Positions 13,201-27,185 of a stretch of DNA of 64,000 bases are shown piece by piece. Below the pieces are notes generated by a model. The model had not been told where the DNA came from and made no database searches. It saw only the letters and a program-made list of their open reading frames with translations. Position numbers and translations under genes: made by a program. How positions within the stretch are numbered: the first letter of the stretch is position 1; every line of letters starts with the position of its first letter. The DNA is from Selaginella moellendorffii (lineage: Eukaryota > Plantae > Lycopodiophyta): assembly GCF_000143415.4 (NCBI RefSeq), contig NW_003314420.1, positions 107,569 to 171,568 on the forward strand. The letters are read 5' to 3'.

Positions 13201-14882
13201 CCGTCGTGTTCCCCTTTTGCAGGTTCTCGTTAAAATGCACCTTGATGGCCGCATCCAATGCTTCCTTATAGTTGGTCGGGTTCCACCGCATCACCTCACC
13301 GTGAGCCCAGGTTTGCAAACCTGATATGAAGGCATGGAACGCATCCATATCCCCCATGTCCGTGACAAGTATCCTTTTTGCCATAAACCCATTCACATAC
13401 TCTTGAATGGTTTCGGTCTGCTTCAGCCTACTCAGCTCGTCCCTTAGATGCAGGGTAGCATTCGGAGGAATGTAAGTCGCATGGATCCTCGCCTTCATCA
13501 TTTCCCAAGTGGCCACTAGTCCTTCGTTGGCCTCTGTCGTTCTCCACCAAGACTTGGCATTATCTACCAAGTATGGTTTTGCACATGGGACCTTCTCCGA
13601 GCTCGGTAACCACAACGCTCGAAAGTAGTCCTCCATATTGTAAAACCAATCCTCCACCACCTTATAGGCGTTCACTCCCTTGAAGACCGGTGGGGGCTTA
13701 GGTTTGTACTTAGGAATTGCCTGAGGGATTGATTCCACTTCGGTCTGTTCAACCTTGTCTGGTTTTGCCACAGTCCCTAACGAAGGGTTCGCACCTTCTG
13801 CACTACCAGCATCCGCAGTCTTTTGCTTTTTCTTCTACTTCTCGTCACGCTTTAGCTTGCGTACAAGAGTCTCCAACAGGGCATTGGTCTGTGCCAATTG
13901 TCCTTATAGAACATCCAATCGAGCCTTGAATGACCGAACCTCACCACCGGACTCCTGTTTGGAAGTTTCCTCACTAGAGTCATCCTCATTCAAGGATTCC
14001 TCATCCATAGCTTCTTGTTCGACTGGAGGCTCCAGCTCTAGCGGGGGTTCTATCTCTGCCTGGGTTCGCTTACGTCCTGCCCTTGCCATCTCTCAGCAAT
14101 CCACCTCTATCCTTCGCTAGAACTGAGGAAGAGGCTCCGATACCAAATTGTAAACCACATATTTTTCCTTTCCAATTTGCCAACTTACCTCGTCTATCCA
14201 ACCAACACTGCCTTGGCTTGTGCTAAGTTCCCTCGCCAAGGTTCCCACCTATTGTACCAGCTCCTACTTGGTCCTACTTAGTTTCAACTACTCACTGCAC
14301 GAGCAACGGAGCATTAGCCATCCATCCATGGATTCCCAAATCTCTCCCAATCCCCCTCCCCGGGTTACACTAGACTTAAGGTTCGGCTACACTCCCTGCA
14401 AGCACAAGCAGCCAAGCACACCAAGCCTCTAGGTTCCTAACACCCCTTGGTACAACAAGACTTGATCATGGGACCCTCTAAATCCCAAGCCTTGGGTGCA
14501 ACACCTACTTTGGGACATCAAGGTGAAACACCATGGCCTAACGGCCCAATATGGGTACCTCTACCCCCCCTCCCCCCCACTTCCATCCCGAAGGGAAGGC
14601 CCAAGCCCCTAGAAAGGGCGAGGACTAATGAGCCACAAGGTACTCAAGTGGGGCACCACTCCATATGAGCCAAGAGCACTGCAGTTGGTTTCCCTTTCAG
14701 GAGTGGGAGCTGCTCTTGAGCACTTCCCTAGGTGGCCCCTTCGGCACCACCCAAGCCCATGCTCACTCCCACCCAAGGCCCCTCGGCCCAAGTCCCAACC
14801 TCAAGTCAGTTTGGAAGCACCACTTGAGAGTTCCTTCAAGACTGGACGGGATATGTAGATACCAAGATTAGCACTGAGCGCA

Positions 14883-14982
14883 NNNNNNNNNNNNNNNNNN
14901 NNNNNNNNNNNNNNNNNNNNNNNNNNNNNNNNNNNNNNNNNNNNNNNNNNNNNNNNNNNNNNNNNNNNNNNNNNNNNNNNNN
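14883..14982. other. Assembly gap (100 N) inside family A 5' LTR
   Basis: N run; flanking 14983-15225 is an error-rich version of the LTR next to a poly-C run. Confidence 0.97.
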
Positions 14983-17900
14983 GGCCCAAGACCCCCCAAG
15001 TTGTTTTCCTTTTAGGGGGGGGGAGCTTTTTTGAGACCTTTCCTAGGGGGGCCCTTTGGGCCCCCCCAAACCCCATGTTCTTTCCCCCCAAAGGCCCTTG
15101 GGCCAAAGTCCCACCCTAAATTCGTTTGGGAACCCCCCCTGGGGATTCCTTTAAAGAGGGGTTCTAAGCCCCCCTTTCCCTTTTTAAATTTTGGAAACCC
15201 CGGGAAGCCCCCCCCCCCCCCCCCCCGGGAGACGCACGCTTTAGGCTTTCACCCCTTGACCCGTATTAGTATTTGGACATAGTCTAGAATTCGATCTCGA
15301 ACCCGACTTTGGACTTGGTCTCGGACTCGATCTCGGACCCGATCTTGGACTCAACTTCAGACTCGACCTCAGACCCGATTTGGATCTCAGACTCTGTCTC
15401 AAACTCGGTCTCCGATTCGACCTTGGACTCGATCCCGGACTCTATCTCAAACTCGATCTTAGAGTCGGTCTTGGACTCGATCTTCGACTCGGTCCCATCC
15501 GATGAACTCTTTGTCATTTCGGTCATTCTTTCGGGGATCCTTTAGCCTATGACACCTCGGGGAGTCGGTTCCTTACACTCAAGTTTGTCTTGCATATCCT
15601 CCAAAAAATCACAAGCATGAGGTACCCAAACCAAAGCCAAATTCAAACTCACAGGAGACCTAGGCTCATAGCCATACATCGCCATAAAGAAAGACATGCC
15701 AATATCTGATTGATGAGCGCTATTGTGAGCAAACTAAAGCAAAGGCAAGTATTTCTCCCATACTCACTGTTGAGTCAAGTTTCCCACAAAAGACCTTAGC
15801 ATATCTTCTAATAGCTGATTCATGCGCTCTATCTGCCCATCTCATTGTGGATGCTCACCACTACTCATGCTCAACTTAATCTTTAGCTTCTCAAAGACCG
15901 TTTGCCAAAACTTGGACGTGAACTTGGGATCCTGATCACTCACAATGTAGTCTACAAACAACTAAGCAAGTTCAGAAGCTTTTATCGTCATCTTGACAAG
16001 GAAGAAGTGAGCCATCTTTGTCAAATAATCCACAACCCAAATAGCATCATTTCCTCAAAAGGTTTTGGGCAAACCAGTGATAAAGTCCATCAAGATGCTA
16101 TCTCACTTATTCTCAGGTACACGTAAAGGATGATAGAGGCCAGCGAGCTTCTGATGATCAACTTTGACCACCTAGCAGGTCAAAAAATCATATTGTACTT
16201 CTCAACATCTGACTTCATCCCAGGCCAAAAGAAATGCCTCTTCACCAACATATATGTTCTCAATACCCCCGAATGCCCAGCACTTGGCACATCATGATAT
16301 TCAACCAAAATCTGTTTGATGAGTTTGTTAATACGAAGAACCACTACACGTCCCCTCTTCACCAGGATTCTATCTCGTATTTCGAATGACACAAACTTGT
16401 CACCTTTCAAATCTGTAGAGGTGTCCCTCAACAAAACCTTTTTGCGATATCAATGATAAAGGAGTTGAAGTCAACAAACTCCTTAAGCTCATCCAAGAAA
16501 TTGTTGGATAGCTTCACGAACGAGATTGAATTTACCATCTTGGATAATGCATCAGCCATCTTATTGTCACCTCCACACTTGTACCGGATCTTAACAGACA
16601 ATTCCTGCAGGAACTCTTGCTAACGAGCAAGATGGCCTCAAAGATCCACATTTGGAGAGACTGATGATCTAAATCTATATGGAAGTCCGATCCATATAGA
16701 TAATGTTGCCATTCTTGAGTAAGTCAATTCCATTGTGTGGCATCAAACTTGTGGCTTATGAATGTGAGAGAATGCCTAACTTGAAGCAATATGGCCCCAA
16801 AAGCACTATCACTCATATAATTGCCTATAATTTCCACCACAGTCACCTTATCATTCATTAACCCCTTCAGAACAATCCTTGCTCTAATGTCCAGCTCTGT
16901 GGCAACAAAAACAATTGCCCTCCGTCTTGTCCTTCTCTTGCTGGTGCAAACGAAGTTTCTTAGCCTCATTGCCATCTTCATGCTTTGAGCCATAATGGAA
17001 TAACGACCGTTTCTTCCCCAAATATGAAGTATTGGCAAGCTGGTCATCACGTTGACTACCCTATAAACCATCTTGTTGACCATAGTTGACTAATAGTTCA
17101 GGCAAAAAGATCTGAGCCTTAGTGATAACATCAGTCAATGTTGCTGAAAAATCCTTCTTGACTTTTTGCTACACATCCACTGAGCTCAATCCTTTGATGA
17201 AATATTGCACCTTTAGCAACTCATTATACGTGCCTGTGAGACTAAGGCAAAGATTATGGAACTTGTGGGTATACGTATCTAAAGACAAAGTCCCCTGCTG
17301 GATCTCTAACAACTGATTCACGAGATCAACTTCTTCAAACTTCTTGACAAATGAAGCGTGAAAAACCTTTGTCAAATTGGTCCAAGAAGTTAGCTTCGGA
17401 TTGGCTTTGATGTAATTCTTCCACCACGAAGAAGCATGGCCCAAAAGCTTCGTCACAAAAAAAATCTATCTTCACCTTATCCTCACAAGGATTGTAAGAC
17501 TAAGAACTTTTCCACAATTCCAACCAAGAATTAACCTCTTGACTATCACAAGCATCTGGTGATGATTTCCATTCTATGGTACCATAATCCTTGGCATGCT
17601 TGACGTACCAATGGTAATCACGGATATAAGATTGATTCAACCCTTAAGGGTCCATGCAAAGCAAGAAATCTTTAATGAAATTGACGGAATCCTTAACTCC
17701 TTTATGTCGCTTTGAACCTCAGAAATCTGGCATCTTTGCCGCACAACAACATCATCAAAAGTCTCTTCCGCATCATCATGGCCATCATCACTAATGCCAC
17801 ACTCTTCATCAGATCAATATCTTGCTCACCCACCATCCCCAAAAGAACATATTACTCGATACCAATGAAACAAACAAGAGGGTGAACCCTAGGCCAGCCT

Positions 17901-19138
17901 CCCAACCCACAGTGTTACGGCCTTAAATTCCACATGCCATGGAATATTCTTGGAATATTCCTGTGGTTCACGTCAATGCTCCAGCAATCAACAATGTTAA
18001 GACCTAACATTTTTTAGTAACACAATTATCACAAAGAAGGTTGAAAGTCATATTCTTTACTGTTCATTTAAACTTTTTTGAAATTTCATAGGGCTTGATC
18101 TTCAGAGCTACCAAGTAGCATTGGATATCATTCCATTGCATGTCCTACAACCAGAGCAAAATCTCCATATGTCACAAGGGGGTGAATAACCAGCACTTTG
18201 GTCATATTATAGCAATAGGTCATGGTGGTTCAATAGACCATAGTTCCAATCTCCTAATGTTTTTAATTACTATAAAGTTTATCAGTGGGTTCTGTTAAAG
18301 CTAGAAAACAGAGCAAGGACTTAAATCCATTAGCTGTAAATGAATTATTACCTTGTTGTATAATATTCCAGCTCTTGACAATGTGATATTTTTAAAATTG
18401 GAAAAAAATAAAAAGCTATATCAAGAACCTGAAGCTTCCATTTGCTGCTGCTACTGCTCCATACGTCCTTGGAGATTAGTTTCCTTGTATAATTTCTTAT
18501 TCTCTACTCTAACAGCTAAGAAGACCTCGCCTAGCAAGCACATGTTTCCTTCAGAGGCTCTTTTTTGTTACTGCCACTCTTACCAAAATGACAAGAAGAG
18601 GCTCATAGAAAATAAAAAATAAAAAATAGGAAGCCAGGTGAGCAATGAGGCCGTGGTTGTGAAGTGGAGGTGATAGGCTATATGGAAGTGGAAGATCGCT
18701 TCCTGGGGTTTTCAAGGCTGCGGAACTTAAGCCTCTAGTTGGAGACATGATGCTGACTTTCTAACTCTCTTGGGTGGCTATCGTTAGTCAGCTTTATAAA
18801 TCTATGAAACAAAGGGCTCAACTTCCACTTTGGAGGAACAATAAAACTGGAAAACACATGAGTCCTGTGTATGAGCAACAAGGAACATTTAAGCTACATT
18901 TCTAATATATTTTTGTATAGTCAAGAGTCAATATCTTCATGTTGTGCATTGCTACATCTAGACTAGAGACCCTAAATTGGAATGCTAACAGTGAAGCCCG
19001 GTCAATGCTGAGGTGGCAGTTGGCGGCCTAGAAACTTTTGAATAGGAGTTAGGTGATAGGAGTTGCAGGTTTTGGAAATGAGAATAACATGAGCGTTTTA
19101 GTCTGACCTTTTCAGAGTGGAGACACAGTGTCTTGGTG

Positions 19139-22100
19139 CTACTTTAAGCTGTCAAACACGGTTCTGTCTCTTACATTCTTAAGATTCTTCATCAATAGCA
19201 TAGGTACCACAATCACCTTGCTAGTATCCACTTTGGACCCTCTTCCTCTACACGGAGACAACTCATTCTTCTGGATAATATGTCTTGTTTCTGATGACTC
19301 CCAAAACCGCTGTCCAAGTGAGTTGTTGACAGCTGGCAACATTTGAGGCTTGGAAGCAGATATAGTACTGCCAGAGTTGAAAATGCTGCCGAGAGTAGAG
19401 CAATTGAGGGAGCCATTTCCATGTCTTGGAGAAGTTGGAGGACCGCACATATTTTCAAAGTTTATGGCTGTTACTTTTAAAGGAACCTTACCTGGTATGG
19501 CCGTAACATCTACTAAGCCACTTCCATCTAAAACTGGAAAGGACTCCTTGTTATTTCCAGTCGAGAATATATCTGCTTCTTCGCGTTCGTCCTGGAACTG
19601 TAGTGTCAGAAAAGAAATAAATAAATAAAAATAAGGTCAAACTCACTTCGAAAATTTCCTTTCCATCAAGATATTGCAGCTGTCTCAACTTGTTAATTGC
19701 ACCTATGCGATAAAACGGTTGCCTACTCATCTGCATTTTTCTAAAATTATAAATTAATTACTCAATTAAATTTGTACCGGATTGTTTGCCAAGGACAGGT
19801 CCACAAGGTTTGGCATGCGAGTCAAGCAGTCGATGCTTGAAAGTCCACCAAGCCTATTAGATGTTAGGTAGTTAGAAGCCAAGTCCAAAGTTTCGAGAGA
19901 TGTTAGATGCTCCATGTGACTAAGCGCACGCAGTACATTGTCGCTCATATGTAGCACCTTGAGATTGTATAGTCCAGCAAACGAAGAAGGCTCAATTTCT
20001 TTTATACTGTTGTGGTCTAAAAAGAGTTTCTCCAGAAATAGCAATCCATCCAGTCCATCCAGCTGCATTTTGTTTTATTGAGCCATGCGTTATAAACAAA
20101 AGATTGGCTGACCTTAGTTATTCTGTTGTCCTGCAAAGATAAACTTTTGAGATTTGCAAAGGTGTGGCATAATTGCAAGGAAAAAATACTACTGATCGCG
20201 TTCCTTGCCAGCTGCAAGCATTCAACGTTTTCAAGTCCAGTGTATGTGTAGCTCGTAACTTCGTGAGAGTGGCAACTGGTTATAATTTGTTGATCGCCAA
20301 CAGAAGTGGAAGAACTATGGAAAACGGGTAACGAAATATCTAAACAGCGGCCATTCTCAATATTGTTGTTTTCAATGCGAAGCACAACAAGGTTCTCAGA
20401 AACCTATAGTCCACGTTTAGATGAGACACCCATAAAAAACGACTTACTGAAGACCATGTACGTGAGAAAGGAAGTTGTTGCTAAGATTCAGTTCAGTAAG
20501 TTCTTGAATATCTTTGTTTTCAAAAACATCTCCACAGTGTCGTAGACTTCTTCCAGACAAATCCAATACCTATAGAACAAATGAACACTCAAGAACCAAA
20601 CATTACATTGGCGACCACCTCTACTCCATTAAAAGAGCTTCGTCCTAAACGTTCTTCTAAGGATTCTCGCGTTAATCGACCTATATGTTTCTCCCGCGCT
20701 TGTGCTACTTCACTGCTGGTTACAATTCTTCCATCTAGCACCTGTATACAAAAACATATTTTGTGCGAAATACATGATGCTTTTACCTTAAGCTTTTTCA
20801 TACTGTATATAGAGTAGGTCCTGTACTCTGAACATTGACATAAAGCATTGCCAGACAAGTCAACAACCATAAGCTTTGGAAGCTCCCGTATATGTAGGAG
20901 ATCACGCATGTCAGAGATTTGATTGTTTGCCGCATACAGCTCCATCAGACATATTAACCCACTCAAGCCCTGTAAAGCATTATGTGAAATGTTGACATAG
21001 TATGATTATAATTGGGTACCTTTAAGGACTGGATATAGTTTCTCTCGATTGAAAGCTGAGTCAAGGCTCCAAAGCCGTGCAAATGAGCACAAGATGTAAG
21101 ATAGTTTCTGCTAAGGTCTAGCTTCCAAAGGGATTGCAATGGAGGAATACCTTTGACCTTTGCAATTGACATTTTGAAATCAAAACCATAAGTTTTCTTC
21201 ATTTTAGTGTCTACCTGTTCGATATGGTTGTTGTCAAGAATGAGCTCTTCTAAAAATGTGCATGATTCTAAGTCTTCAATGGTGGAAATGTCATTGTTGG
21301 ACAGCAAAAGCCGTCGGAGATTTGGAAGCTTGCCAAAGGACTCCATCTTTCGAAGCTTTTGATCTTCCAGATGCAACTCCTCAATCTCATCAAACCAGGC
21401 TTCATCCTGATCAAGTTCCTGAGCATTATGCAAGTGTTTTACCCTGTTAAGAATTCGAACTTTAGGTTCTAGCATCTGCCAGGGGTTATGTCCTGGCGTT
21501 TGGCCGCGAGTTTTGGCGAGGTCTTCATGGCCACCCAAAATCGTTGGAAAAGTAAACTTCCATTCAGAAAAAGAATTGGCGATGACATAAAATTGCTTAG
21601 CATAACTTTCATCCACACGCTCTTCTGTTTAACGATATAGTTAGGATAAGGTAGTCTTACAAAACACTGACCAGTGGAGATTGGCAAGCTATCTAGAATT
21701 AAAAGTGATGGTACATGTCTTGAAACCACTTGTCTGTATGAAAACTCTTCTTCTAGCGGATTGTTTCTCATGCTGAGGCTTTGCAGTCCGGGGACCTGTG
21801 AGTGAAACTATACTTAAAACCTCGTCAGAACTACAAAGTTTTTACTTGTCCATGAAGAAGCTTCAAATCAGTCGAACACCATATCTCATTGCCTGTCAAG
21901 TCAAGTACTTTCAAGTTTACTAGTCCCGATAGGCCTTCTATTCTTTTTATACAATTAAAACTCAAATCCAGCTTTTCCAATGACGTGACACCTTCTAGTC
22001 CTTTCATTCTGGATATTTTGTTGCACGATAATTCTAGTACTTTCAGATGTACTAAACTCTTCAAGGCATCAATCTCGTCAATGTTGTAATTGTGAATGTT

Positions 22101-24707
22101 GAGATGTAAAACTTTAGAAAAATCGTGAACAGTATGATTTTTCAAAATCAAGTCGTTTGTTAGCAGAATCGATTTGTCAGAAAGTTTTATCCTCCGACTG
22201 CGTTGATGTCGTGGAGAATGATTTACAGTTCTAGATCCCTTAGCTGCTACTGTTTGTATAGGATCAGTAAAAGGTATACATTTCCAAGAGCCTCTGTCTT
22301 TATCTGATTCGCACTCCGATGTGAAAAGCATGCGCTTTTGTCTGGCTGATATTCTCTGCGTGATTTCTCCTCCGTTTTCGTTGTGGTAAGTATACTGAAA
22401 TTCGACCAGATATTCAGGCACTACAAGGGTGGACTCAAAGACAAACCACGACCGTTGTACGGGGTCAGATGGATGAAGTCTATAAACAGAATCAGCTCCC
22501 GGATAAGTGGACTTTTTCGCTGCAGGCGAGGCTAAATTGACTGCCATTACAAACTGGTTCATCATGTTAATGAACAATTTGTTGAGGGTAATAGTTACCA
22601 GTAAGATCCTGGACCGAGCAACCAAGGTAAGCTTTCACAACCAAAACCCAGCCTGGAGCCTTTATATTCCAAGGGGACTCTGTCTGCAACTGCTCAGCAA
22701 TCACCTGCTCAGAATCCAAGTCAAATAGATGAAAATTCATAAAGTTATTAACCTGAAGGCGGCGCACATCTGCTAAACCAATAGAATTTGAAAGTAAAAC
22801 TGGCCCATGGCAGCCATGATTAGACTGTCCAGGCAAGTAGGGGAATCCCTCCTCCACAATGCACTGAAATTCATCTGCGCATTGCAACGTTTCCCCGTAA
22901 AGAAGGTACTCAACATGCTTCTTTCTAGATTTAACCACCTGAAATAATGAAGTGAACGCCATAAAATGGAAAAGAAGTCAGTCCCACCGAACCTTTCCTT
23001 CAAAGCCTTTCTCCCACCGGTCTTGGAGGAAGCGATTATGTATACGTATCACTTTCAGTACACGAACCCCAGTGATACCAAATGGAGAATAGTCCAGTAA
23101 TGAAAATCTTGAGGTCACTAAGTTGTCGCAGTTTTTAAACCAGACATCCCTTGGATTCCCTATTTCCATGCGAATGTTACCACCTAAGAAAAGAAGTGCG
23201 TTAGTGTGGGTGAAAACGGGAAGTAATTCAGCCGAAACCTGTGTCAAGCTCCAGCTTGAGCCAGTGTATTTTGCGCTCTACAGCAGCTCTTTCCTTGGCT
23301 CTGACAATGTGCATGTCCTCTCTTAGTGTATCCAGGCGTGCCATTACATGCGATATTTGATTCTCAAGAGTGGTAACCATGGATTTGGAATGATGCCACC
23401 AATCTTGTCTTCTGGATTGCTCAAGCCCCACAAATGAAGTCTTAGTAGACCTGAAAGCTTCTTGAAACTCATGTGCCTGCTTCATTTGCTGCCTCAGATC
23501 CTTTTGATTTCTAAATAGCTTTGCAAGTGTTCTACAAGGAATATTGGCTTTTCAGGTCAATAGCTTGTGTCATGTAGCAACAAAACTACTTACTTTTGAA
23601 GACTTCTTGCACGTCTTGACTCACATTTCACAGACAGAGATGCAATATTCTCCCTATTGTGCTGCAAAGACTTTATGCACATATTATAGTAGACTCTCTT
23701 CCTGGTATAAGTAGCTTTCGCAGCCTGTTTGAGTTCCTCTGCCATATCCTCCGAATCCAGCATAATTAACTGTTGCATACGGAAGAGGATATAAGTCTGC
23801 GAAAAAGCCAGGTAAATAACGATAAAATTGTAAGCAAAACATAAATCTACCTGATAATTATGAAGCAAAGCTATAGGACTACTACCCCAATTCGGGTCGG
23901 CAAAACGTAAATCCCTTAAAAACTTTAGCCTTGTCAAGTTCCCAATCTCCTGCAGTTGTTTTCGATTTAAGTAAACATTTATATGCTAATTGGACGACTA
24001 ACCTTAAATGATCCTATCCCAGTGGCGGCAACATTAAGATGTTCCAGCAGTTTCAAATTTACAATATCTCCAAGCTGACTTATGGTGTTGCATGCGAGAT
24101 TGAGCTCTCTTAGTCTCGCAAGATTTTCAAGCCCCTCCACTTTCTTAATCTGATTGTTTGCGAGCCAGAGAACTTCGAGACTAGAAAGATGGGAGATATT
24201 CCTAACTTGACTGATTTGGTTGCTATGCAAATAGAGTTCTTTGAGCCTAAAACAACCATCCAGGCCTTCAATCCTGCAGCCCGACCAAGTTAATTTTTCA
24301 AGATGTATCATGTTAAAAAATTCTAAACCTTTGAATATGATTTTCATTAAGTCGAAGGACTTCCAGATAGGGACAATTGTGAAGCCCATGAATTCCCCCA
24401 AGATTTTGCTGAACCAGGGAAAGTGAGACAAGGTTTGGAAAGAAAGACATGCAGCAAATTCGAGGGAGGGTGTGCATAAACATTTCGACACTTTTGATAG
24501 TCTCTGGAGCAGATACCAATTGTTCCTCTGTAATGTCGTTGTATTCGCAGATATCCTGTAAAGCTGTTTGGAAAGAGATAGTTGAGAGTCTGAATGAAAA
24601 GAGCGGCGAGTTTTACACCTTGGCACTCGTCTGGAGAAACCATTCGCAAAATCTGCTTTAAGTCTCCCATGCTGGTCCACGAGAAATAATTTCACAGCAG
24701 CCTGCAT
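19139..24707 (-). CDS. LRRC9: LRRC9-like ciliary leucine-rich repeat protein, multi-exon; start and last exon uncertain
   Basis: N-terminal DICEYNDITEEQL..SVEMFMHTLPRICCMSFFPNLVSLSLV, many SDS22-like LRRs, YYNMCIK, GGNIRMEIG..DVWFKNC..SRF, RIHNRFL, QRSWFVF..LVVPEYLVEFQY, further LRR blocks; short GT-AG introns. Confidence 0.82.
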
Positions 24708-25129
24708 TGTTCTTTGAGCATGGCAAACCTAATTTGCTCTGTAAATGGAAGTCTTGTCCCAATGGGTGAGCTTCGTTGAGAGCCAAAGCTTGAGAGTTCG
24801 TGCATGTCGAGCTGACTATAGTGTACCGATCATGAGCGAATAATCTAGAGACAGAGCAAGAACGGTCCACAGTTTAAACTGCTGTAAAATTTAGGGTAAG
24901 TGGAACAAGAGCAATGGAGCAGGCAACAGAGGAAACTTTAACTCATTGCTTCGCAGACTGGGTATACGACTTTAATGGAAACACGTGGTTTACAGTGTTT
25001 ATAGAGAGCTGAGGAAGCTTCTCGTTTCTTAGAAATGGCAATCCAGAGGGTAGAATGCGCCCCACAAACTTCTAGGCCTCATTCTCCATGTAATTTCTGC
25101 ACACAGTCTGTTTTCCCCAAAGGTATTAT

Positions 25130-26290
25130 AGAAAAAATTCCTTAGAATGTGTGGATTGACTGAAGATTCCAACTGTGAAGAAGTTCAATTTGAAGAAGTT
25201 TTTGGCTGCCAGAGGAATTCCAGATGCAGAGGCTTTAATGGCCATTCTAATGGTTTTGAGTGATATAGGTCTTTGATGGTGGAATTGGCTTGAGGAATTT
25301 TGTGTTGCAGACAAGAAACCATCAATATCTACTATGGATGAGTTTGAAGCTGCTTTTTATTTACATTTTACCCCTGATTATGATGTGAAGAATGCTTGCA
25401 CAAAACTTTGACATTTCTAGCAAGGGAAAATGAGCTTACTCACTTGATAAGCTGTGTCCCAATGAAGGATCCAGATCAAAACAAATCCTACTTCTTGATA
25501 GCGTTCATAGTGAGAGCATGAGGCAACACTCATCATTCCCAACTTATAAAGAGTTTGAAATTTGTCAACTTGACAATGACAAACATAAGGCTCCCAAGTG
25601 TTTGAGGAGTCCTTCAGTCAAGAATCATTGTAATAATCATTGTGGACATAGGGATGGGAACAAACATCACAAGTTGAAGTTTGTGGTGACCACTTCAGAT
25701 GCAAAAGGGTTGAAGAAGCAAAAGTTCTTTGTGAAGAATTATATCCAAAGTTATCATCATTACGTCAAGCTTAGACACTACAAAATTAATTTTCCTCAGC
25801 TGAAGAACAAGCAACAAAGAAAAAAGAATGGCCAATCTTCTAATGAAGGCAAGTCAGATACTAAGAAGTTGCAATGTGAGGATGATGAGAAAGACTGTTT
25901 TGGTTAGAGGAAGAGGCTTTCGATTGTTGCTTATCAACTAAATTATGTGTTGAAAAAGATGGAGTTCGAGCACACTCATGCATCAGCTTTAATGCTAGAG
26001 GGCATGTTCCATGGTAGTCCAATGTGGATTTTATTGGATAGTGGAAGTGATGAAAATTTTGTTTCGATAAAGTTTGTTGAGGAATATGGCCTGGTGACAT
26101 GAGGAATTCTTCTATACATGGTGGAAGGTGTAACTACCCCTTTTTAGCAATTCAATGCTTCTGTAGAGTGGCTAGAAGTGTTGGTTGGCAAAACCACACT
26201 TGTGGAGACTTTTTATATTGCAGAGATCCATCATGTGAATCTCATTTTTGGGATGCCATGGTTGAGAGGGTGGATCTGGAGATAAAGAGA
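25130..26290 (+). mobile_element. Highly degenerate Ty3/gypsy gag-protease relic
   Basis: LLDSGSDENFV protease motif at ~26033 and LIFGMPW-like motif at ~26240; gag-like fragments upstream; many stops. Confidence 0.55.
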
Positions 26291-27185
26291 GGTGTTACAT
26301 GTGGGGGGGACCCTGGAAAATTCTGGGTTCTCTCATGTTATATGCACCCCTTTTGGGCAATTGGAGCTTGGAATCCGTTTGGGTCGACCTAGGAGAGCCC
26401 CGGGCCCCAATTCTGGAGAATCCTCCAAGTCAACCCTAGAGGAGCCTTGGCCATACATGTGGCAACCTAAATTTGTTTTAGATCTGGTGGAAATAAGGCC
26501 ATGCTACAGCTAGTGCACCCAAGAAAATTAACGAGAGATGGAATCACTACACCATCCCTCAAGAGGACAATCAGGTAGCTCAAGAGCACCCACAACAACA
26601 TCAATGGTGCAACCATAAGCTACAAACCAAGTAAGGATTAGAGAATTTTTGTATTTGTATTCATGATGCATTTCTAAGAAAACTTGGCATCTCTAGCATC
26701 ATTTTCAGTTCAGAATTTTTATTTATTTGCAAGGCAGAGTCTTGGGGATGCCCTAGTGAGCTAAAATTTTCATTTTATTTAAGCTAAATTTTTCTTTTTA
26801 GGAAACACAATTGGACTTAGAACTCATGGAAAATCCACAAGTGCCTTAGAATTTGGATTGTGCTTTTAGAAACATGTTTAGTGTAGTTTATGTAATAGTC
26901 ACTTACTCAACAAAATGTTTACACACCAAAACTTCTTTAAGTCCACAAGACCTATCTAATGAGTTTTTCAAGTTTAAATTTTGGTTTGAGTTTTCTTTTC
27001 CTTCTACATTTCAGTTGACTTTGGTTCTTTCCTTATCTGTAACTATGTCTCAATAGCAGGAAATACAGCTACAAGTTGCCTCGACACCTCAACTTTCAAT
27101 CTCTTAAATCCAGACTAGTAGAAGTGATTCAAAGTATTTTAAACAGAAGATTGAAGTTAGGAAGGAGAAGAGATGGACACTAGAG

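Larger units (their letters stand above)
9312..14089 (-). pseudogene. Family A gag-pol (Gag/zinc knuckle, protease, RT, RNase H, integrase, chromodomain) with two predicted introns and a few stops/frameshifts
   Basis: CYNCGEEGHFSREC, LIDTGASDNF, YIDDIL, VETDASDFALGAVL, integrase zinc-finger region (ECHDG..CPTCQ), MDFITGLP, FAGPYEI, EYEVEAIL..VKWKGF..TWEPEENL. Confidence 0.93.
8172..15577 (-). mobile_element. Ty3/gypsy chromovirus family A, near full length, inserted in family B integrase
   Basis: TG..CA ends, TSD CTCAA (8167-8171, 15578-15582), 5' LTR 14149-15577 (contains N gap), PBS TGGTATCGGAGC complementary to tRNA-iMet next to it, rearranged 3' LTR 8172-~9133. Confidence 0.93.
7282..17975 (-). 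mobile_element. Ty3/gypsy chromovirus family B; defective (PR-RT deleted); host of nested family A element
   Basis: 3' LTR 7282-7641 (TG..CA), internally deleted 5' LTR 17866-17975, TSD ATGCT (7277-7281, 17976-17980), PBS relic at ~17853-17864, PPT ~7643-7658. Gag 17169-17456, RNase H/integrase relics 15580-16830, GPY/F plus chromodomain 7639-8171. Confidence 0.88.

Noticed and set aside
14843-15225. Divergent LTR variant or foreign insert beside the N gap
   Set aside because: Looks like low-quality read ends next to a poly-C tract; probably an assembly artefact.
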